Positions 10,425 through 18,882 of a stretch of DNA of 64,000 bases are shown piece after piece. This DNA is from a virus. Every line of letters begins with the position of its first letter. Positions within the stretch are counted from its first letter, which is position 1. The notes under the pieces are model-generated. The model had not been told where the DNA came from and did no database searches. It was given only the letters and a program-made list of their open reading frames with translations. The stretch lies in the IMG/VR virus record IMGVR_UViG_3300018059_000013. The stretch is one strand, 5' to 3'. Position numbers and translations under genes: made by a program.

Positions 10425-10643
10425 TCATTTTCCGTGACGCTCGCATGTTGATTTTCTCTTTGTACGAGCATACCCATTCGTCTCCTCAAATCCACCCGCT
10501 AACTTGACTCCGATCACCCAGCCAGCGAAGGCCATTACGATGTTCAGAAGGCCCCACATCCATCCCCACATAATGAATGCAGACGGAATGAAGATCGCCT
10601 GAAACAGAAAGACGACCCGAAATCTGTAGAGAAAATCTCTCAT
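10425..10643 (-). CDS. small membrane protein (72 aa, two predicted TM helices)
   Basis: Hydrophobic segments FLFQAIFIPSAFIMWGWMWGLLNIVMAFAGWVIGV. Confidence 0.4.
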   Translation of the reverse strand: MRDFLYRFRVVFLFQAIFIPSAFIMWGWMWGLLNIVMAFAGWVIGVKLAGGFEETNGYARTKRKSTCERHGK

Positions 10644-10945
10644 GTCTTTCCCGCAACTTCTCGGATCTGTGCAAGCACCCGGTCAGGATCGAGCTCTGCT
10701 ATTTTGATCTCTTCGAGTCTCTGCCACTCCCTCTGAACGTCATTCTCATTGTAGACGAAGACATCGCATGTCTTCCCACGGGAGGAAATGAGGATCGGCA
10801 TCGCGTTCTTCACAGAAGCGTACACGATGGATCCGTAGAGATTCGCAATCTGGACCCACGGCGTTTTGGAATACTCCAGCGCAGCTGAGGGGAACGTGCG
10901 GACGAAGTGGATACGAGATAGGAGCTCGATCCTGACCCCGCTCAT
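10640..10945 (-). CDS. hypothetical protein (101 aa)
   Basis: Minus-strand ORF inside module B. Confidence 0.4.
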   Translation of the reverse strand: MSGVRIELLSRIHFVRTFPSAALEYSKTPWVQIANLYGSIVYASVKNAMPILISSRGKTCDVFVYNENDVQREWQRLEEIKIAELDPDRVLAQIREVAGKT

Positions 10946-10948
10946 CCG

Positions 10949-11197
10949 CTATTCCGTACTGGTCGGAGTGGGATCGACCTCGACAGGGGAACAGATCGGA
11001 ATGACCCTCGGACCGACGCGTCCACGGGTGACATGGGGTGCCGCACCTCCCTTGCGACCTGCCTCTCGGGCCTCGGCAGCGTTGAACACGTGCGCCGTTC
11101 CCGCCGCGTGAGCAGCCTTTCCGCCCAGCGAAGCGATGAGCTTCACCTTGTTCGGATCCATCAAAGCAAATCCGCGCTTGTTCTTGTTCTCGTTCAT
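10949..11197 (-). CDS. KGG-repeat general-stress-protein-like small protein
   Basis: N-terminus GFALMDPNKVKLIASLGGKAAHAAGTAHVFNAAEAREAGRKGG resembles the KGG stress motif (YciG/GsiB type). Confidence 0.45.
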   Translation of the reverse strand: MNENKNKRGFALMDPNKVKLIASLGGKAAHAAGTAHVFNAAEAREAGRKGGAAPHVTRGRVGPRVIPICSPVEVDPTPTSTE

Positions 11198-11266
11198 GAC
11201 CGTTCCTCCTTGTGGTTACGGGGCAATCTCCCGCAAACTTATTAGCACATCCGAACAGACCGACCG

Positions 11267-11965
11267 CTAACCCTGGGTGCCGACTGCCTTGTCGTCCACG
11301 ACGACGGTGACCTTCTCGTCTTCTTTGACGAGCTTTCCAACTTCCGCGACGAAATCGTCGGACTTCTTCTGCATACCCTCTCCGACTTCCATCCGAGCGA
11401 AGCGACGGATCTGGATGTTCTCACCTAGCTTCGCGACGAGCGCCAGCCGAAGCTGTTCGATCGTCTGCTTGGGATGGTGGATCGACTCCTGCTTGGAGAG
11501 GCACGCTTCCGTGAACCACTTTTCCATCTTCTCGGTGAGGATCTTTTCATGCATCTCTGTGGGAGTGTCCTTGATCTGCTCCCTGAAGATCTCGCGCTGG
11601 GTGTTCGCTTCGACGCTGTTGTAGAGCTTCGACGATTCCATGTCGACGTACGTCGGGTTCATCCCGGCGACTTGCATCGCGACCTCTTCACAGAAGTTCA
11701 CGAAATCCTCGTTCTTGGCGACGAAGTCGGTCTCGCAGTTCACTTCGACGATGACTGCTATCCGATTTCCCAGATGGATGTACGGATGGATGCGACCCTC
11801 GCTTGCGATTCTCGTTCCCTTCGCCACCGCCTTCGCGATGCCCTTTTTCTGGAGGATGACGAGCGCACCGTTGATGTCTCCCTTCGCTTCTTCGAGGGCC
11901 GCCTTGCAGTCTCCCAGGGGAGCGTTGGATCGTTCTCTGACTTCTCTGACTTGTTCGATGGACAT
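11267..11965 (-). CDS. tsf: translation elongation factor Ts (EF-Ts), short form (~232 aa)
   Basis: MSIEQVREVRERSNAPLGDCKAALEEAKGDI...VEVNCETDFVAKNEDFV...LVAKLGENIQIRRFARMEVGEG...DDFVAEV matches EF-Ts N-terminal UBA-like and core motifs. Listed start 11971 is TTG; ATG is at 11965. Confidence 0.85.
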   Translation of the reverse strand: MSIEQVREVRERSNAPLGDCKAALEEAKGDINGALVILQKKGIAKAVAKGTRIASEGRIHPYIHLGNRIAVIVEVNCETDFVAKNEDFVNFCEEVAMQVAGMNPTYVDMESSKLYNSVEANTQREIFREQIKDTPTEMHEKILTEKMEKWFTEACLSKQESIHHPKQTIEQLRLALVAKLGENIQIRRFARMEVGEGMQKKSDDFVAEVGKLVKEDEKVTVVVDDKAVGTQG

Positions 11966-12040
11966 GCTCAAGCTCGCTTCTCTCGACTCCCGAGGATCGT
12001 CTCACCCCGGGAGGGGCTGGTGTTTCTTCCGAAGAGACGA

Positions 12041-13192
12041 TCACTTGCCCGCGACGGCCTTCTTCCCTTCCACGAGAACATCGGAGAGCTCGAGAAGCTC
12101 CTCCTCTGCCTTGACGTCCACCGCGGGGGACTCGGTCGGAGCGGCGATGCGTGCGTTGGTGACCGTCTTCTCCTCGCCACCGGGCAGCAGAGCGAGAGCG
12201 TCGTTGAGGACGGGCATCAGGTGCTCCATCACTCCACCGACGACCATGTCGAGACCTTCGGCCGTTCCCTGGATGCGGAACTCGGCGGCGAGCTTCTGGA
12301 GACGAGGATCAGCTGCCATACCTCCGACGTTCTGTCCCGCCATCGTGATCCCCCAACCCATGACGAGCTGGGTGAAAGCGACGCCGGCAGGAGACTTCAT
12401 GATGGCCTCCACGCTGGCGCCGTGCTCGGGACCGAGAGAGTTCTTCAGGACCTTGCACACGATGGTCGAACCACCCTGGCTGATCCGCTTGCCGGCGACT
12501 CGGTAGGCGGCCTCTTCGCCGTCGGACTTCACGATTTGGAACGCGGTCTTCTTCTCGGTCATTTTAGTCTCCTTCACTTCGGTTGCTGCTACTGCTACTG
12601 CGGGTTTGTCTTCCCAGGTTTCGGGGAGCGCTTTCGTGGACGACTTCTCTTCCAGATACTCCTTCGCTTCTTCGGGAAGGAGATCCGCCTCGGTCGCGTC
12701 GGCGACCTCTTCGGTCTGGCTGAGATGCCAGAAGGTGTGACCATTCAAAGCCGTTTTTCTTCCGAAGGAAACGTGATCCGAGACTGTGTACATCGTGTCG
12801 GGAGACAACCTGAACCCCTGAACCGGAGATCGCTTGTCCACCTTCAAAATGAAGTTCTTGTTGTCGTTTTGGCCGACGACTGTACCGACCATCGCACCGG
12901 CATTCGTCTGGAACTTGATCTGTTTTCCGATCTCGACCTTGCTCATGTAGACTCCATTCATGGTCCAAGTACAGTTCGGCCACGCCGAGCACCCAGTGAA
13001 TTCTTTCTTGGTGTATCTGTTAACTTTCGTGACGCCCAGAGCGCCGCACCTGGGGCACATCTTGGGAACTGGTGTCGCTGCGGCGGCAGCCTTTTCTTTG
13101 GCGGCTTTCTTCTTCTTCGCAGCGGTCGCATTCTTTTTACGGGTCGTGTCGCACGTCGAACACACCAATCCTTTCGGACACAAATAAGACAA
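12041..13192 (-). CDS. X-family protein, copy B (383 aa), with an N-terminal topoisomerase-I-type C4 zinc ribbon and K/A-rich linker
   Basis: CPRCGALGVTKVNRYTKKEFTGCSAWPNCTWT zinc ribbon; C-terminal 150 aa homologous to 2394..3332. Confidence 0.7.
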   Translation of the reverse strand: MSYLCPKGLVCSTCDTTRKKNATAAKKKKAAKEKAAAAATPVPKMCPRCGALGVTKVNRYTKKEFTGCSAWPNCTWTMNGVYMSKVEIGKQIKFQTNAGAMVGTVVGQNDNKNFILKVDKRSPVQGFRLSPDTMYTVSDHVSFGRKTALNGHTFWHLSQTEEVADATEADLLPEEAKEYLEEKSSTKALPETWEDKPAVAVAATEVKETKMTEKKTAFQIVKSDGEEAAYRVAGKRISQGGSTIVCKVLKNSLGPEHGASVEAIMKSPAGVAFTQLVMGWGITMAGQNVGGMAADPRLQKLAAEFRIQGTAEGLDMVVGGVMEHLMPVLNDALALLPGGEEKTVTNARIAAPTESPAVDVKAEEELLELSDVLVEGKKAVAGK

Positions 13193-13219
13193 GAGTCACA
13201 CTGCTTTCGATTCGCCCTC

Positions 13220-13705
13220 TTACGTCTTCTTGGGTTCGTCCTTGGGCCACCACTCGCCGTCGGCTTCGGTGCCGAAGCGATACGTCGACCAGATCTCAGC
13301 TTCCTCGATGGAGGAGTGACGAGCCACCACGATGACAACCGGAGCGGGCTGCTCCGGATAAGTTAATGCGAAGCCCGCGGACTGTCGGGGCATGTTCATG
13401 ACGTTCTTAGAGAAGTCCGGATAGCGCCGCATGATCTTCGGCTTACGAGGAAGCCAAGTTCGCAGACGGGGTCCTCGGGGACATTGGATGATCGTGCCCG
13501 CAGGGCAATCCTCCGCCGAAGATTTGAGAGTCACCGATTCGTGCTCGGGAGCCGGCTCGATCCGACCCTTCTTCGAACTATGAAGATTCTTACAGAAGTT
13601 GAATGCTAGCACGAAACCCGGAAAAACGATGGTATCAACCTTGCCCCCACGAAAGAACACAACACGATGGTACCTGGAGTTCTTCAAGATATCGTTCTCT
13701 TGCAT
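13220..13705 (-). CDS. hypothetical protein (~161 aa)
   Basis: Downstream of conserved promoter 13724..13756. The ATG at 13705 is preceded by GGAGG; the listed start 13720 sits at the predicted transcription start. Confidence 0.45.
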   Translation of the reverse strand: MQENDILKNSRYHRVVFFRGGKVDTIVFPGFVLAFNFCKNLHSSKKGRIEPAPEHESVTLKSSAEDCPAGTIIQCPRGPRLRTWLPRKPKIMRRYPDFSKNVMNMPRQSAGFALTYPEQPAPVVIVVARHSSIEEAEIWSTYRFGTEADGEWWPKDEPKKT

Positions 13706-13723
13706 TCCACATGCCTCCATTTT

Positions 13724-13756
13724 TCAATTGTACCACCGGACCATCGCAGATTCATC
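13724..13756 (-). promoter_or_regulatory. conserved promoter motif, instance 2 (GATGAATC...TGGTACAAT)
   Basis: Reverse complement reads GATGAATCTGCGATGGTCCGGTGGTACAATTGAAAA. Confidence 0.55.
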
Positions 13757-13816
13757 ACAGTGATATTTCCGATCTGACCTACCCTCAGATAGCAATAGCA
13801 AGTTCGTCGGACTCTG

Positions 13817-14416
13817 CTAAAGAGCACTCTCCGTCTTCTTGATTCTCTTGACCATGTCTCGAAACTTCTTATCTTCGAATAGGAGCGTCTCTCGAGGGTG
13901 GAGTTCTCTTTCGATCTCTGCGAGCCGGATGCGTAACCCTGATCGTTCGTTCTTCAGGAGAATTTCTCGAGAGATTCCTCCTTTTCCCTTGGAATGAAGC
14001 CATTTCCAAATGGGAATCTTGAACTCTCCATCCGCAATCCAAGCACAACGTGCACACATGGTCGCGACGAGCGATGGCCATTTGAAGGTTTCGCCCGAGG
14101 ACGTGTGAACGATCTTTTCGGACTGGATTTCATCGAGCTGTTCGTTGCACTGGGAGCAGATCCAGTTACCAGTCGTGGGAGCCCTCAGGAATCCTGCTTT
14201 CTTGACGAAGAGACGGCAGTTGCGTTTGACGAGCGCGACGTTGATGCGATTGATTAACCAACCGAAAGCTCGGGAGATCATGAGAAATCCTTCGAAACGT
14301 ACTTTCCCGTGAAAATGTCGACGTAGATAGCTCTGCTCCGCAGCGAGCCGTTCGTCCACCAAATCGAAACTCCCGAGTACCTGCCGTTGTCGTGGGAAAG
14401 TCGCAGCGCTCTCCAT
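13817..14416 (-). CDS. hypothetical protein with CxxC...CxxC zinc-ribbon-like motifs (199 aa)
   Basis: CSQCN...CARCAW motifs. Confidence 0.45.
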   Translation of the reverse strand: MESAATFPRQRQVLGSFDLVDERLAAEQSYLRRHFHGKVRFEGFLMISRAFGWLINRINVALVKRNCRLFVKKAGFLRAPTTGNWICSQCNEQLDEIQSEKIVHTSSGETFKWPSLVATMCARCAWIADGEFKIPIWKWLHSKGKGGISREILLKNERSGLRIRLAEIERELHPRETLLFEDKKFRDMVKRIKKTESAL

Positions 14417-14769
14417 AACAAACGGGCCATCCGGGCTGAGCCTGCATCTCCGCCTCGGAGGAATTTGCCCGGTACGAATGATCCTGTGTTCTCTGCGACG
14501 CTAGGCTGCTTGGCCAGCCGGGACAGCAGTCTCACTGACGACATCGAAGTAGAGCTCCTGTTCGATCGCGAGACAGTAGAACATCTTCAGACCAAAACTA
14601 GTGAAGACGATGAAGTAACGCCGAACGCCTTCGTCTGTAGTGCCGAGGATGGTGAATTGATCTCCCTTGCAGAGTGTCACCCCGCAGGGACAGAGAGTTG
14701 CACCGAAACGGCTTGCACATTGGTAATCATGCGTGAAGATCGTGGACTTTGCTCGACATTGGGCACTCT

Positions 14770-15027
14770 TCACGTTTCCGCCGTCTTCTCGAATTGGCCG
14801 CAGCCCTGGTGCTCGAACGTGAGGAGTCCGCTCCGGTGCGACTTGGCATTCGTGCAAACGCCCCAGTCCATATCCGGACCGAGATCTGCGGGGTTGTAGA
14901 TCGGAGTGAAGAAGTTGCAACCTCCCGAACAGTCACCCCCGTCTCGTTTGGTCGCGCCGTAGGGCTCGTAATCCTGCGGAAGATTCTTCACGATCGTCAA
15001 AAAGCGTTTGTGATTGGGCGTGTTCAT
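14770..15027 (-). CDS. small Cys-rich protein (85 aa)
   Basis: CSGGCNFF...WGVCTN...EHQGCGQF; GC3-biased codons. Confidence 0.4.
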   Translation of the reverse strand: MNTPNHKRFLTIVKNLPQDYEPYGATKRDGGDCSGGCNFFTPIYNPADLGPDMDWGVCTNAKSHRSGLLTFEHQGCGQFEKTAET

Positions 15028-15320
15028 AGCGTATCCTCTACGACTTTCAAGTACTTGTGGTCAATGTGAAAATTGATCGATGGTTCGATTAGGCAGAGCA
15101 ACCTCTGTTCGAACAGAACAGGGTACCTTCCGAAGGTCGATCCCACCTCAAAGGACATGTCTCCCAGGACAACAAGGTGACTTCTCTTCTGGATCTGGAC
15201 CGTGTTCAATCCGAACACCATCGTAGTTTGATCTCGGGCGACCAACCAGCTGAAGTTCGCAGCTATCACCCGTAGAAGAATTCCCTTGCGGAACGCTGGG
15301 AACACTGGAGCTTCGATCAT
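15024..15320 (-). CDS. hypothetical protein (98 aa)
   Basis: Start/stop overlap with neighbouring genes. Confidence 0.4.
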   Translation of the reverse strand: MIEAPVFPAFRKGILLRVIAANFSWLVARDQTTMVFGLNTVQIQKRSHLVVLGDMSFEVGSTFGRYPVLFEQRLLCLIEPSINFHIDHKYLKVVEDTL

Positions 15321-16309
15321 TCGCTCCTCTGAGAGGGTTGAACGTACGGAATTCCGAGAATCTTGTAGACGTCTTCTTCGTTGGTACCACCGATGTGTTT
15401 GGCGACGATTTCTTCACCGCACATCGCGACTTCCGGTCCGTAGACCGTCTTACGAGCATCCAGGTCCACTCCGTCCGCGACGAGGTAGATTCCGTACTCG
15501 TTCATGCGCATCCCTCTGGACTTCAACATGCCCCGCACGCGCTGGTTATGCATCTTGTTGCCGGTGGCGTAGTTGAGCGCGGCGCCCCAGTGCCAACGAT
15601 TCACTATCCAAAGATCGCATTGGATGCGTTGTGCTTCGTCGTTGACGAGGATGGCGGACTTAATGGGACCGCTCCATAGAACCTGACCGAGCTGTTCGAA
15701 AGCTCTTTTGATCTGAGCATCGGTGGCGAACTTACCGGTATCGTCGTGTTCTACGACGATGTCGATGTCTTTGCAAGTTGCGGTGTGCCGACGGATAGAT
15801 CCACAGATCTCGACCGATTTCACTCCCGACGAGAGAAGGGAATTTTTGATTCGATTGGCGATGGTGAGAGCGATCTCGATCGGAACTCGTTTGGCTTGGG
15901 ATTCCGCCGAGAGGACGTTCTTTGTCAAACTCGCGGAGAGCTCTCCCTGATGAGCTCTGAAGACGAGCTCTTCGAAGGAGGTAATACCCTGTTCGAAGAG
16001 AGCCCCGGCGGTCTTGGGCCCGACACCTGGAACGTTCATCAGGGAGAGGATCTCGACAGGCCATCTCGTGGAGAGATCCTCCAATCGAGTTGATGTTCCT
16101 CTGATGAAAAACTCCTTGATCGTGGCTCCAATGCTCGGTCCCACTCCAGGGATCTTCATGGGAGTACGAAGTTCTTCGTTTGTCCTGCCGCGTACTTGCA
16201 GCGACGCGTTGAGGTACGCTCGTATTTTGTGCGGGTTCTCCGCATCTAGATCCATGAGCCTGGCGACGGCTTCTAAGTGTTCTGACAGTTTGACCGAATC
16301 GTCGCTCAT
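15317..16309 (-). CDS. family X DNA polymerase (Pol beta-like, 330 aa, no PHP domain)
   Basis: Two helix-hairpin-helix motifs (IPGVGPSIGATI, VPGVGPKTAGAL) and a nucleotidyltransferase motif (ICGSIRR...KDIDIVV). Confidence 0.8.
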   Translation of the reverse strand: MSDDSVKLSEHLEAVARLMDLDAENPHKIRAYLNASLQVRGRTNEELRTPMKIPGVGPSIGATIKEFFIRGTSTRLEDLSTRWPVEILSLMNVPGVGPKTAGALFEQGITSFEELVFRAHQGELSASLTKNVLSAESQAKRVPIEIALTIANRIKNSLLSSGVKSVEICGSIRRHTATCKDIDIVVEHDDTGKFATDAQIKRAFEQLGQVLWSGPIKSAILVNDEAQRIQCDLWIVNRWHWGAALNYATGNKMHNQRVRGMLKSRGMRMNEYGIYLVADGVDLDARKTVYGPEVAMCGEEIVAKHIGGTNEEDVYKILGIPYVQPSQRSE

Positions 16310-16319
16310 TCCACCCTCT

Positions 16320-16559
16320 TCACAGAATCTCTGTTCGAAGCGTCGAAGCGTTCTCGTAGTTTCCTGTCAAGAACTCGTTCTCTACGTATTTCTTTTCGAT
16401 GCACTCGACGAACGCTCCCGAAGGGTCCCTAAAGTAGAAGACAACGGCTTCATATCTTTCATCTGTCTCTTTGATGATGTCGAGAATCATGAACTCGTCC
16501 ACGTTCTCGTACCCACTCAGAGTTTGACGAACAAAATCGCCTGTTTTCAATCTTCTCAC
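16320..16559 (-). CDS. small protein of the KxGD(I/V/F)V family (79 aa)
   Basis: MRRLKTGDFVRQ N-terminal motif shared with more than 20 other small ORFs in the window. Confidence 0.4.
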   Translation of the reverse strand: MRRLKTGDFVRQTLSGYENVDEFMILDIIKETDERYEAVVFYFRDPSGAFVECIEKKYVENEFLTGNYENASTLRTEIL

Positions 16560-16585
16560 AATCTAGGGACACCTTCGGGTGAGTC

Positions 16586-17005
16586 TTATTTGCAGGCTTC
16601 CTGCAGCTTGGTGAAGTCGTTCTTGCCAAGCGCGAGCTCGAGAGCCTTCTCGATCCGATCGCAGGCTTCCCTGGCCTTCTTAACTTCCTCGACCTGCTTG
16701 AGCGACATGAGCTCGACCTTCTTGCCGGTCGCGTCTTGAAAGACTTGATCTGGCTTGTTGATCTTGCGGAAGTTGCTGCGGGCCTCGTTGAACTTGTCGA
16801 GACCTTTCTTCGTCAGCTCTACCCGTTCGGCGATGGTCTTCTCGGCAAGAGCCGAAACGACACGATCGCGGACGACCGTGCCAGACTTGGCGATGAGGTC
16901 CTTCACCTCGTCGAGCAACGACACCGCTGCTGGCAAGGTGCCAGTGGGAGCCTCGGTCGAAGTTTCGGTCGTGTTGTTGTCGTTGCTGTCGTTCGTTTCG
17001 CCCAT
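16586..17005 (-). CDS. hypothetical protein (139 aa)
   Basis: Helical, protein-like. Confidence 0.5.
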   Translation of the reverse strand: MGETNDSNDNNTTETSTEAPTGTLPAAVSLLDEVKDLIAKSGTVVRDRVVSALAEKTIAERVELTKKGLDKFNEARSNFRKINKPDQVFQDATGKKVELMSLKQVEEVKKAREACDRIEKALELALGKNDFTKLQEACK

Positions 17006-17020
17006 GATGACATCTCCTTG

Positions 17021-17581
17021 TCAGCAGTTGTGATTTTCGATGAAAGTTTTGAAGGTGTCTTCGTCCATGGTTGACATGAACTCATCGTTCGAACCCAGTC
17101 CGGGGCAGTTGCACTGCGAAGAATAGAACTTCGCACGGGCTTCCGATCTCAGCCCTCCGTAGAGAACTACCAGAGACATGTATCTGTCCGCGCCTTCGTA
17201 TCGAAGCTTCTTTCGAGCGTGATGGTAGTTGACAGCGATCCGCGTGTACTTCTCCAACACATGCATCCGATGGCACCAACCTTGGTGCTTGTGCTTTCGA
17301 CAGAGAATCTCTCCCAAACCGGAAGTGCCTATCGAAGGCCTTCGCAGAATTTCGCTGTTTTTGACCCAGGTGGGAAGCGGCATGGGCTCCATCATCGCAT
17401 TGACGAGACGCTTGATGAACTCGTCACCTCGATCGAGGAGTTGTCGCGCTACTTCTTCCTGCAACGAATCGAGCAGCTCTGAGGAGAGGAGTTGAATTTC
17501 GTTGAGCGTGCTCACATCAACGAGGACCGGTGCTTTCGGAATGACCTGATAATCGATGTGCGCATCGTGAAGGTGATTCAT
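17021..17581 (-). CDS. hypothetical protein (186 aa)
   Basis: Downstream of promoter instance 17614..17646. Confidence 0.5.
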   Translation of the reverse strand: MNHLHDAHIDYQVIPKAPVLVDVSTLNEIQLLSSELLDSLQEEVARQLLDRGDEFIKRLVNAMMEPMPLPTWVKNSEILRRPSIGTSGLGEILCRKHKHQGWCHRMHVLEKYTRIAVNYHHARKKLRYEGADRYMSLVVLYGGLRSEARAKFYSSQCNCPGLGSNDEFMSTMDEDTFKTFIENHNC

Positions 17582-17613
17582 CTTGGGCTCACTCTGCGAA
17601 AATTGCCTACTCT

Positions 17614-17646
17614 ATTATTGTATCACCTGATGAATATCCGTTCATC
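17614..17646 (-). promoter_or_regulatory. conserved promoter motif, instance 3 (GATGAACG...TGATACAAT)
   Basis: Reverse complement reads GATGAACGGATATTCATCAGGTGATACAATAATAG. Confidence 0.55.
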
Positions 17647-17659
17647 AGAGGGACAACAT

Positions 17660-17875
17660 TTATATCTCCTTCACGCAGCGGCTCGGCAGGAACAGTGCTT
17701 CACCCATAGGGGAGATCACGAATACGAATTTGTTGTTCATTTTTCGTTCGAACTCTTCCATTTGGCCGCCCAATAGGATCGTCCCCTCAGAAAGGGAGAG
17801 ATCCAACCGACTGTCTTTGGGATTCGCCAGCGTGAAAAACGCTCGGCATCCGGAGATTGTCACGAAGAGCTTCAT
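17660..17875 (-). CDS. hypothetical small protein (71 aa)
   Basis: ORF only. Confidence 0.3.
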   Translation of the reverse strand: MKLFVTISGCRAFFTLANPKDSRLDLSLSEGTILLGGQMEEFERKMNNKFVFVISPMGEALFLPSRCVKEI

Positions 17876-18139
17876 GGATCTGTCACCACTTCTCTTGGAA
17901 GAACTTCGAAAAATCTCTGGTCGATAGGAGAGAAACTACCTTTACTTCTCCTTCATCTAGGACGATCCACAATCGGCTATGAGAAACAGTTCTTGGTCCG
18001 TCCATGAGTATGACGGCGCCTTGGGCTTTCGAGATCTGCAACCCACAAGAACAGTGAACGAACCTGTTCATCCAAAGCCTTTGGGCACACTGTCCATGGT
18101 GAATTCGGATTGGACGAATCCAGATTCCGAGCCTCGGAA

Positions 18140-18367
18140 TTACATTAACGTCCACGGGTAGTGCGTCCATGGAGAGATCGCTTCTTGCTTGAGATCGAAG
18201 CATCTGATGCAGAACCACGGTTTCCCACCGACCTGGGTCCAGTCGGGATGGTTCTCGTTGCATCCGGGACAGAAGGGGTAGAACAGTCCCGAAAATACCG
18301 ACTGGAAGAACAGACGGATTTTTCCCTTCTTGCGAAGACGCTGCTTGAGATGATCGGGACTGGCCAT
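18140..18367 (-). CDS. small zinc-ribbon protein (75 aa; internal ATG of the listed 169-aa ORF)
   Basis: FCPGCNENHP...FCIRCFD motifs; the S/T-rich N-terminal extension of the listed ORF overlaps gene 18372..18839 and is discounted. Confidence 0.4.
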   Translation of the reverse strand: MASPDHLKQRLRKKGKIRLFFQSVFSGLFYPFCPGCNENHPDWTQVGGKPWFCIRCFDLKQEAISPWTHYPWTLM

Positions 18368-18371
18368 GTTG

Positions 18372-18839
18372 CTACGCTGCTCTGTTGAGAGACTTTGCTT
18401 CGCCCTTCGTGAGAGGGCGAAGCACCCCTGCATACTTGTTGAGATCCTTCGCAAGACGGTTGACGATGTCGTCGAAGTTCCGGTAGATGCACTCTTCATC
18501 GTCCTCTTCCAAAGAGGAACGGTAATCGCTGCAGCAGAGCTGGAGCTTGTTGACATCGACGCTGTCCATTCCATCGTATCCGCCGACGTCGCTGAAACTG
18601 TCGGCGCATTTGATGTAGAACTTTCCCCCGAGATCCTTGATGTACACATTCGAGAAGTTCTCGTAGTACTCTCGCTCCACCTTCACGCGCGCCGAGAATC
18701 CCGCTCTAGAAATCGCTCTCTTGATGAAGTCTGCAACTGTCTTTTGGTTTTCCTTCGCTGTAGCGAGGGCGGGCAGACTCCTACCTGTTTCCCATTCGTA
18801 TCTCGACTTGTCGCGTTTCAGCGTAAGTTTCTCACCCAT
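18372..18839 (-). CDS. hypothetical protein (155 aa)
   Basis: Well-formed, protein-like sequence. Confidence 0.55.
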   Translation of the reverse strand: MGEKLTLKRDKSRYEWETGRSLPALATAKENQKTVADFIKRAISRAGFSARVKVEREYYENFSNVYIKDLGGKFYIKCADSFSDVGGYDGMDSVDVNKLQLCCSDYRSSLEEDDEECIYRNFDDIVNRLAKDLNKYAGVLRPLTKGEAKSLNRAA

Positions 18840-18882
18840 AGTCTACTCCTAGTAAAGCAAAAAAGAAATAAGTCATATCGAA

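Noticed and set aside
14501-14920. 139-aa minus ORF
   Set aside because: Its N-terminal half is low-complexity and it overlaps the better Cys-rich gene 14770..15027 in another frame. A short real gene may exist in its 3' part but I cannot fix a start.
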